Sequence record: MW879341.1
Reading direction: 5' to 3' (one strand)
Length of the DNA stretch: 64,000 bases
Part shown: in pieces, positions 57,862 to 64,000 of the stretch
Layout of the letters: every line of letters starts with the position of its first letter
How positions within the stretch are numbered: position 1 is the first letter of the stretch
The notes under the pieces: generated by a model
What the model was told of the DNA's origin: nothing
What the model saw: the letters and a program-made list of their open reading frames with translations, nothing else
Databases searched by the model: none
Translations under genes and position numbers: made by a program

Positions 57862-58794
57862 TTACGCGTTGTAGTGCAGGTAGAGATCGCCCGCGAAGTT
57901 GGTGCACTTGGTGTCATCCAGAGTGAACACAACTACGGTGTTGAAGTTGGTGTTAGCGTTTGCCTGCACTTCCAGTTCAACCGGGTCAGTAGACGGGGTT
58001 GACGGGTCGGCACGAGTAGAACCTGCGAACTTGATGGTCGCGCCACGAACGTTGTAGTCCGCTGCGTCATCACCGGCGTGCCACAGTTCAGGCACAACTT
58101 TGTTCAGCTCTTTGGCCAGTGCGGTATCTTCGATAGCGCCGCCAGTTGCCAGGGTAGACAGGAAGGTACGGATGCTGTTGCAGTCTACGCCGTAGGAGTA
58201 GATGTAAGCCTGACCTTTCATGGTACCGTCAACTGGGTAGTGCAGACCATCCAGACGAGTTTTGGTTACAACCAGGTTCAGACGCTCACCAACGTCAGCA
58301 TCTTCGCCGACAGTAACATCCAGCACACCGAAGTAAGCCAGAGAGTCATCAGCGATAGTGATGGTAGCGTGAGCAACCGGTGCAGCTTCGGTCAGTTCAG
58401 CAACAGTTGCACTTACCACTTCTTTCTTGTCGATGGCCAGGCCGTAACGGGCATTCAGGCGGTCTATCAGATCCAGGGTGGTTTTAGCGCCTTTAACATC
58501 GAGGTTAACGGCAATGTTCTTGAACAGTTTGCTGATGTCCAGACGATCGTACGCCAGGGTTACGGAACCCACGTATGGAGAACTACGAGTCGCGGTACAC
58601 AGCAGTTCGGTGTTCCAGTCTTTCTTGACTTCACCTTCCGCTGGCTCACCTTCAGTTGGTACAACCACAGCCGGCTTACCGAACACAACCTGAGTGGTGT
58701 TGATATCGATCGAGAGTTTAGTATCAGGATCGGTGTTGGTTTCGTTAACCAGATCCAGGACCAGAAGGTTGGATGCTTTGTTATACTTACCCAT
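57862..58794 (-). CDS. Paralogous virion/tail-associated protein, array member (310 aa, strongly optimised codons)
   Basis: PYVGSVTLAYDRLDI; LDGLHYP; GDLYLHYN. Confidence 0.75.
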   Translation of the reverse strand: MGKYNKASNLLVLDLVNETNTDPDTKLSIDINTTQVVFGKPAVVVPTEGEPAEGEVKKDWNTELLCTATRSSPYVGSVTLAYDRLDISKLFKNIAVNLDVKGAKTTLDLIDRLNARYGLAIDKKEVVSATVAELTEAAPVAHATITIADDSLAYFGVLDVTVGEDADVGERLNLVVTKTRLDGLHYPVDGTMKGQAYIYSYGVDCNSIRTFLSTLATGGAIEDTALAKELNKVVPELWHAGDDAADYNVRGATIKFAGSTRADPSTPSTDPVELEVQANANTNFNTVVVFTLDDTKCTNFAGDLYLHYNA

Positions 58795-58806
58795 TGTTCA
58801 TTTCCT

Positions 58807-59652
58807 TTAGATGTTTAAGGGACTGTTGTATTGAATGTAGACGCGCCCTGCCAAGTTAGTGCAATACAATGCTAACTCAACAATGCAGACCGTATCGAAG
58901 TACGGGTCGGTAGGGAGATCTGACGTATTTGGCCCATGGTAAACCACAGTGGACTCAAACAAGTTCCAGTTGGCCGGTGAACGGAAGATCGTCCATTTGT
59001 CACCCGTTACCGAGAGGATGTTCATCAACTCAGCAGTGGTGATGTTGGTACCACGTTTAGCATACGGTCGCATCGCTTCGGTGAAGTCAGTGCGATATGC
59101 GTAAATCGGTGCCTGTCCGTTATTCGTATTGAAGTACGGATAGTCGAAGAGGCTAGCAGTGGATTGCGGCTCGATTACATCTGACAGAATCGCGTCGCCT
59201 GCCACAGTACGCATGGTTAGCGTACCAACCCAAAGCAATGAGTTATCAAGTAACTCAAACGTCACACGGTTGTTTACTTTATCGACTGGTGCTAAACGCA
59301 CTTCATCTTTAGTAAGCTCGATACCGGTGAATTGCTTCAGAGCGCCCAAACAGTCGTGGTTATTTTCCACAGTGATTGGAGAGAGTGGCAGTTGGAAATC
59401 GTTCTCACTGTTTACACCGACGATCAGCGAGATATCGTAACGGTTGTAGAACAGGTCGACAAATCCGTAAACCTTTGCGTCGTTACCAGCACGCAACTGG
59501 ATGGCAGTGTCCTTATCTGGGAACTGCGCCAGTTCTTCAGGTTCCAGTGCACGAGGACCTAAGAACGTCATCTCATCAACGGTAAGGCTGACTTTATAGA
59601 GAGCGTTCAGGTAATCGAGGATATACTGTTTTCCATTAGGATACAGGAACAC
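58807..59652 (-). CDS. Paralogous virion/tail-associated protein, array member (about 281 aa)
   Basis: GGAGG RBS then GTG 59652 (MFLYPNGKQYILDYLN); YGFVDLFYNRYDI; GRVYIQYN. Confidence 0.72.
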   Translation of the reverse strand: MFLYPNGKQYILDYLNALYKVSLTVDEMTFLGPRALEPEELAQFPDKDTAIQLRAGNDAKVYGFVDLFYNRYDISLIVGVNSENDFQLPLSPITVENNHDCLGALKQFTGIELTKDEVRLAPVDKVNNRVTFELLDNSLLWVGTLTMRTVAGDAILSDVIEPQSTASLFDYPYFNTNNGQAPIYAYRTDFTEAMRPYAKRGTNITTAELMNILSVTGDKWTIFRSPANWNLFESTVVYHGPNTSDLPTDPYFDTVCIVELALYCTNLAGRVYIQYNSPLNI

Positions 59653-59653
59653 G

Positions 59654-60469
59654 TTAAACCTCCGGAATCCAAGGAATAAGTAAAGACCCAACCCAGTCAG
59701 CAGTTTCTAATTTGTCAATACGTAATACCATCGTATCGCCAGACTTCTCCTGCGTACAGGTACCGCCTTTGATGTTGACTTCACCAATCGCTACAGCACC
59801 GGCGTCTTTGTATACAATGTTGAGGTTAACCACACCATTGATCGCATCAGCCAGATCGGCGTTAGTAGCACGCCCGCCATAGAAGTTGGTAAATGCGCTT
59901 TGGATCTCAACGAAGTTATACCCCCACGCGACATATTCCAGTCGACGCTTACCCGTTTTAGAGAATGGTTCTTTAACAATGTCCAGACCTTGTGCAGTCA
60001 CTAAGGTGGCAATGTTCGGACGAGACTTCACCACACGCACGTCAACAGAACCCGACCACATCAAGCAGCTTGGTTTTGTTTCCAGCGTGACGATATAGTC
60101 ATCACCGAGGTCTTTTACCGAGACATCCACAATGTCGTCTTTGGTTAAGAAGACACCGTAGGTTTTATAGAATGCCGGAAGGATATCAGACAACCACGAT
60201 GCGCCTGTGAACTGAACCAGTAGGGTCTGATTCTCAAACGCGTGGTCTAACGAAAGACGTTGATATTCTACATCTACCGTACCCTGATACCCCTGCCGCA
60301 TAAGAGCATAAACACGAACTCGGGCATTTTGCAATGCACCGGGGGTGGTTATCTCCTGTGGAATCCCAAAGCCTACATTATTCAGACTTAGGGGATTGAC
60401 GACGATGGTGTTCTCCGTATTAATGGTATCCAACATCGTGTCGGTGGAGCTTTTCTTGTACATACTCAT
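59654..60469 (-). CDS. Paralogous virion/tail-associated protein, first array member (271 aa)
   Basis: GYQGTVDVEYQRLSL; AWGYNF. Confidence 0.7.
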   Translation of the reverse strand: MSMYKKSSTDTMLDTINTENTIVVNPLSLNNVGFGIPQEITTPGALQNARVRVYALMRQGYQGTVDVEYQRLSLDHAFENQTLLVQFTGASWLSDILPAFYKTYGVFLTKDDIVDVSVKDLGDDYIVTLETKPSCLMWSGSVDVRVVKSRPNIATLVTAQGLDIVKEPFSKTGKRRLEYVAWGYNFVEIQSAFTNFYGGRATNADLADAINGVVNLNIVYKDAGAVAIGEVNIKGGTCTQEKSGDTMVLRIDKLETADWVGSLLIPWIPEV

Positions 60470-60529
60470 AGTGAACCCTTCAATGTGAATAGTAGTAGGG
60501 CAGTGTTCTTCAACATATTATCGGGGATA

Positions 60530-60573
60530 CCGTTTCATCATTTTTTCAAATATATACCACCTCTATGTATAAA
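60530..60573 (+). promoter_or_regulatory. Extended early-type promoter, copy 2
   Basis: CCGTTTCATCATTTTTTCAAATATATACCACCTCTATGTATAAA. Confidence 0.68.
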
Positions 60574-60593
60574 CAAAGAAGGAATATACAGAA

Positions 60594-60818
60594 ATGAGCT
60601 ATGCACGCAGTTTTGTACGGTACCTAGCCATGGCTGGAGCAGCGGCTGCGGCCGGCGCTGCGGCTAGTTCAGCTAAGGACTACGCTAAAAGGCAAACCGA
60701 CCACGAGTGGGTCCACGATGGTGTAAGGCTAGTAACTTACGCAGCAGTAATCGTAGCAGCAGGCATCGGCGTAGATCGCGCCATTAACGAATTATTCTCA
60801 GACAGCACAAGGAAATAA
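60594..60818 (+). CDS. Small Ala-rich two-helix membrane protein (74 aa)
   Basis: LAMAGAAAAAGAAA and LVTYAAVIVAAGIGV. Confidence 0.7.
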   Translation: MSYARSFVRYLAMAGAAAAAGAAASSAKDYAKRQTDHEWVHDGVRLVTYAAVIVAAGIGVDRAINELFSDSTRK

Positions 60819-60821
60819 ACT

Positions 60822-61010
60822 ATGTCATTCATGACCTCAGTAGTAAGTATGATCGGCGGAGCAATTGTCGGTAGTACCGTAACAGCGCCACTGGTTAAAG
60901 AAGACAACACTCAGAAGCAACAACTCATCGCACAGGCTGCAAACTGCATCGTGTCTACCGTTGTTGCTATCTGCCTCGATGACTACCTCCAGAAACATTT
61001 CGATAAATAA
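60822..61010 (+). CDS. Small two-helix membrane protein (62 aa)
   Basis: AAGGA RBS; two hydrophobic segments. Confidence 0.68.
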   Translation: MSFMTSVVSMIGGAIVGSTVTAPLVKEDNTQKQQLIAQAANCIVSTVVAICLDDYLQKHFDK

Positions 61011-61020
61011 GGAAAATATC

Positions 61021-61203
61021 ATGCACAAGATTGTTAAATGCGTATTAGCAGCAGCCACCGTTACCGCAACTTTCACAGCAGTAGCTGCCCGTGAAGATGG
61101 TGATGAGCCTACCGGTAAAGATATGACCATCGGCGCAGCAGCGGCCGCAGTGGTTGGCTTAGGTCTGGCCTGGTTAATCGCTGCCACTGAAAGCGATAAG
61201 TAA
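61021..61203 (+). CDS. Small two-helix membrane protein (60 aa)
   Basis: TAAGGA RBS then ATG 61021; IGAAAAAVVGLGLAWLIAA. Confidence 0.68.
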   Translation: MHKIVKCVLAAATVTATFTAVAAREDGDEPTGKDMTIGAAAAAVVGLGLAWLIAATESDK

Positions 61204-61246
61204 AACCCAAACTCAAACACAACTCTGTTAAATAAGGAATACCATT

Positions 61247-61444
61247 ATGTCAATGAACGCTCACACTCAGTATATGTTAGACCAGATCTCAGCAGCCATC
61301 GGTTCAGCAGCAGGATTAGTAGCAATGCGCGCTACCATGGAAAAGCGTGGTGAAGTGGATTGGGTCTGTGGCACTGTCGGTATTGTAACCGGTGTCACCG
61401 TAGGTGGTGCGTTGATGTTACTGCAACGCAAACTGTTCGACTAA
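61247..61444 (+). CDS. Small two-helix membrane protein (65 aa)
   Basis: TAAGGAATACC leader; GTVGIVTGVTVGG glycine-zipper pattern. Confidence 0.7.
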   Translation: MSMNAHTQYMLDQISAAIGSAAGLVAMRATMEKRGEVDWVCGTVGIVTGVTVGGALMLLQRKLFD

Positions 61445-61455
61445 TCTCTCCCAGT

Positions 61456-61484
61456 AGGAGGCCCTCTGTGGGCCTTCTTTTTTT
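61456..61484 (+). terminator. Intrinsic terminator
   Basis: aggaggccc-tctgt-gggccttct-TTTTTT. Confidence 0.72.
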
Positions 61485-61501
61485 ATACTAAGGATAACAG
61501 A

Positions 61502-62149
61502 ATGAAACATTACGACTTAGGGTTTGGCACTACAGACGACCACGTAGAAGAACTGAACTACCATCGTGAGCGTGGCGACCTTATCTCACTGGCGAGTTAT
61601 TGGGTGTATCTACTGAACGACACCGCTGACCGTAAACTCACTAACGAGTTAGTTCGTACTTATCCTCAGATCTTACTTACCCGCGATTACGTAGCTACGC
61701 CGGAGTGGATCGATATCACACTACCGGACTGCACTATCCGTCTGTGGAACCTGTATAAGATTCCAATGCTCGATTACGGCGACATCTACGGATATCCTAA
61801 GTGCTGTCAGGAATGGTTTGATCGTCGTACCGATAGCATTATGTCTGGCCACAGTGCAGACGCGGGACTCGGTTTCCAGGCATTAGACGGTACTGGTTAT
61901 TTAGCGTGTCCTAAATGTCGGACTAAAACGGCAGAAGAACAAATTGCCGCCATTATGGAAAATCGCATTATACCACTACCGTTCCCACAGGACGAGTGTG
62001 AACCCTTTGTACTCACTGAGCATGTCTTACGCTTAGGTCGTGAACTCGGTGAGAACCTGAAAGAACATAAAGCCAAATACCCAGACTTCAATAAGTCTAT
62101 TCTTTTACCATATGGAGAAAATCATGGGATTCGAATCATCTTCAAATAG
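61502..62149 (+). CDS. Cys-rich putative zinc-binding protein (215 aa)
   Basis: YGYPKCCQEWF...GTGYLACPKC...NR..PFP. Confidence 0.65.
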   Translation: MKHYDLGFGTTDDHVEELNYHRERGDLISLASYWVYLLNDTADRKLTNELVRTYPQILLTRDYVATPEWIDITLPDCTIRLWNLYKIPMLDYGDIYGYPKCCQEWFDRRTDSIMSGHSADAGLGFQALDGTGYLACPKCRTKTAEEQIAAIMENRIIPLPFPQDECEPFVLTEHVLRLGRELGENLKEHKAKYPDFNKSILLPYGENHGIRIIFK

Positions 62150-62798
62150 TGGCAGTATCGTATTTAAAGGTAAGCCACTTACGCTTGACCAATTTGCCAA
62201 AGTGATTGAGTTGAGTGAGTGTGACGGTAACGCTACAATTGAATCACCTTACGATACCGGCATCGTGCTGCGTGACTTGGTTGAAGCGCTTGACAATCCA
62301 GAAGGGTTGGAAATCGTTATTCAGGAACCAACACCAACTGACTGGGGAACGGCTACTTTCATACGCGATGGGGTCGAACTCTATTCAGGCGGCCTGGACG
62401 GGGAGATCGGTCTGGTTGATGCTGCACGTATACTGGATGGCGTTGGTGACCTGGAAGTAATGATGGCGGTTCAGGAACAGAGTTGGTCTGGTAGTGAAGT
62501 GGGTGGTTGTTCTACATTCCTCTCCCCGCACTACGAACAACACACCGACACTGTAACGGCTCTGGCTGAGGCCAAGGCTATCAGTGATGCAATCGCCGCA
62601 GGTGACGATGAAAAGGCCGGAGCGTTGATTGTAGAGCCTCTGTTGCGTAGTCTGAATAACATTCAGGATGAGGATGCTCGTAGCGCAGTTGCGGCGTACG
62701 TTTACAGTAACGTGCCGATGGCAATGATGGATAGCTTTATGACGCCAGAAGACATCGAACGTACGATGAACGACGACTGTGGTTTCTCTCAAGACTAA
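62124..62798 (+). CDS. Acidic hypothetical protein
   Basis: GGAG RBS then ATG 62124. Confidence 0.65.
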   Translation: MGFESSSNSGSIVFKGKPLTLDQFAKVIELSECDGNATIESPYDTGIVLRDLVEALDNPEGLEIVIQEPTPTDWGTATFIRDGVELYSGGLDGEIGLVDAARILDGVGDLEVMMAVQEQSWSGSEVGGCSTFLSPHYEQHTDTVTALAEAKAISDAIAAGDDEKAGALIVEPLLRSLNNIQDEDARSAVAAYVYSNVPMAMMDSFMTPEDIERTMNDDCGFSQD

Positions 62799-62807
62799 GA
62801 GGTGGCT

Positions 62808-63065
62808 ATGTTAAAGAAAACGATTAAGGTCAACAAGATCCGACAGATTGTTACAACCTTAGACGGCGATGGTAAGACACCACTGTTCCCTAAGGGTTCT
62901 GTGATTGCTGCGGTGTTGATGTATGAGTCTGTCGATTTAACGGACTTCTATAAAGCTGAGTCAGATGGTCCATTGCAGATTGAAACTGAGATCACGCATT
63001 CTGGTCGATTGGTTCAAGCACTCATCTACGGTAAACATACGCAGTTGTTACTTCAACCTAAATAA
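62808..63065 (+). CDS. Hypothetical protein (85 aa)
   Basis: GAGG RBS then ATG 62808. Confidence 0.6.
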   Translation: MLKKTIKVNKIRQIVTTLDGDGKTPLFPKGSVIAAVLMYESVDLTDFYKAESDGPLQIETEITHSGRLVQALIYGKHTQLLLQPK

Positions 63066-63070
63066 AGCAA

Positions 63071-63116
63071 ACCCTCACCGTTAATTCGGTGGGGTCTGTT
63101 ATGCCTATTCTTTTTT
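63071..63116 (+). terminator. Hairpin + TTATGCC + U-tract terminator
   Basis: accctcaccg-ttaatt-cggtggggt-ctgTTATGCC-tattcTTTTTT. Confidence 0.72.
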
Positions 63117-63124
63117 ACACTTTA

Positions 63125-63169
63125 CCGGTTTCATTAAATTTTCAGATATATATGACCTTTGTGAATAAA
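63125..63169 (+). promoter_or_regulatory. Extended early-type promoter, copy 3
   Basis: CCGGTTTCATTAAATTTTCAGATATATATGACCTTTGTGAATAAA. Confidence 0.68.
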
Positions 63170-63200
63170 GCGAAATAAACCATACGCCCTAGGAGAAATT

Positions 63201-63326
63201 ATGAACAACATGTCCTCTGGAACTATCGTTATTCTGGCCTCACTGGCTAGCTTCACAATTGTCGCTTGTGTCGGTATCGTAGCGCAAGCAATCGAACGTA
63301 CTTCTAAGCAACAAGCAACTAAATAA
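63201..63326 (+). CDS. 41-aa single-TM peptide (not in ORF track)
   Basis: AGGAG RBS; MNNMSSGTIVILASLASFTIVACVGIVAQAIERTSKQQATK. Confidence 0.65.
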   Translation: MNNMSSGTIVILASLASFTIVACVGIVAQAIERTSKQQATK

Positions 63327-63359
63327 TAACCACTCCACTTTAAAATAAGGAATACCTAT

Positions 63360-64000
63360 ATGTCATCTAACAACATCAACTGGTTCGGCGTAGCAGTAGC
63401 AGCAGCAGTAACTAGCCTGGGTATCTACGCAATCGTACGTTCATTCGCTGACGACGAGATCGAAGTAAAACCAACCGCGAGTGAAACTAAAACAGACTCA
63501 GTGAAGTCTGAGGTGTATGCTAAACGTGCGGTCAACGATCTCTATCGTGACCTACTGGATTCAGCAAAAGCAATGTACGGTGACCTCCAGAGCGATACCA
63601 CCCTTACTAAAGAAAGTAAGAAAGAGAAGTTCGAAGCACTGATGGTTTCACTGGTAGAAGCACATCTGAACATTAACGACTGCAAGCTGGACGAGAACCG
63701 CACCTACGTTAAGTGGTTGCGTGACATGCGTATCGAGAACCCTGAGTTCTGGGAACGTGTTATCCGTAAATCAGCAGACACTGGTGCAGAAGGCGCTAAG
63801 TCTATCTACGCAATCGTCGTGGCAATTAACTTCAGCAACATGAATGCTCCGGTAGAAGCGGTTGCTTTAACTGTGGCTGACTTAAATACTTGCCTGACTG
63901 TGGAAGATGCTAAAGCGGTTGGTCTGGAGTTACCAGAAGGTGAGTACACCGTTACCGTTGAGAGCATTGTTGATATCCCTGCTAAGGTAGTATTCCTGAG
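63360..64000 (+). CDS. N-terminally membrane-anchored protein, truncated by window end (not in ORF track)
   Basis: TAAGGAATACC leader; MSSNNINWFGVAVAAAVTSLGIYAIVRSF...; open to 64000. Confidence 0.72.
   Translation, partial: MSSNNINWFGVAVAAAVTSLGIYAIVRSFADDEIEVKPTASETKTDSVKSEVYAKRAVNDLYRDLLDSAKAMYGDLQSDTTLTKESKKEKFEALMVSLVEAHLNINDCKLDENRTYVKWLRDMRIENPEFWERVIRKSADTGAEGAKSIYAIVVAINFSNMNAPVEAVALTVADLNTCLTVEDAKAVGLELPEGEYTVTVESIVDIPAKVVFL

Noticed and set aside
58078-58818. 246-aa + strand ORF
   Set aside because: Antisense shadow of the codon-biased 57862-58794 gene.
53116-60469. Diversity-generating retroelement or invertible shufflon in the array
   Set aside because: No reverse transcriptase or recombinase gene, and no near-identical template/variable repeat pair or inversion sites seen. 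The paralogues are deeply diverged.
1-64000. CRISPR array, tRNAs, integrase/transposase, homing endonuclease, intein
   Set aside because: No regularly spaced repeats, cloverleafs, HNH/GIY-YIG/LAGLIDADG motifs or intein splice motifs seen by eye. A formal scan was not run.

Overview
This 64-kb window is an internal segment of a phiKZ-like jumbo myophage genome (Chimalliviridae type). Its gene order most resembles what I recall for SPN3US/Erwinia jumbo phages. About 1-41.4 kb is the conserved core: tail-fibre/baseplate proteins, a central-spike-like protein, an SbcC-like ATPase, RNase H, UvsX, a SLOG protein, the split virion RNA polymerase (beta-N, beta-C, beta'-part with DFDGD, plus a putative accessory subunit), a 2,18x-aa tape-measure/lytic transglycosylase and the prohead protease. 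About 41.4-64 kb is mostly accessory: early-type genes behind a repeated TATATATTAC-type promoter, secreted and small membrane proteins, and a nine-gene array of paralogous virion proteins on the opposite strand. The most notable observations are: (i) a 43.5-44.7 kb unit of a possibly HU-like abundant protein, two very acidic paralogues and a 325-nt ORF-free, highly structured RNA candidate; (ii) a hairpin + TTATGC terminator motif at all six convergent gene junctions; (iii) three near-identical promoters, each driving clusters of tiny membrane proteins; (iv) the nine-gene paralogue array ending in a stand-alone C-terminal domain. No database searches were run. Orthologue names come from motif recognition and recalled synteny.
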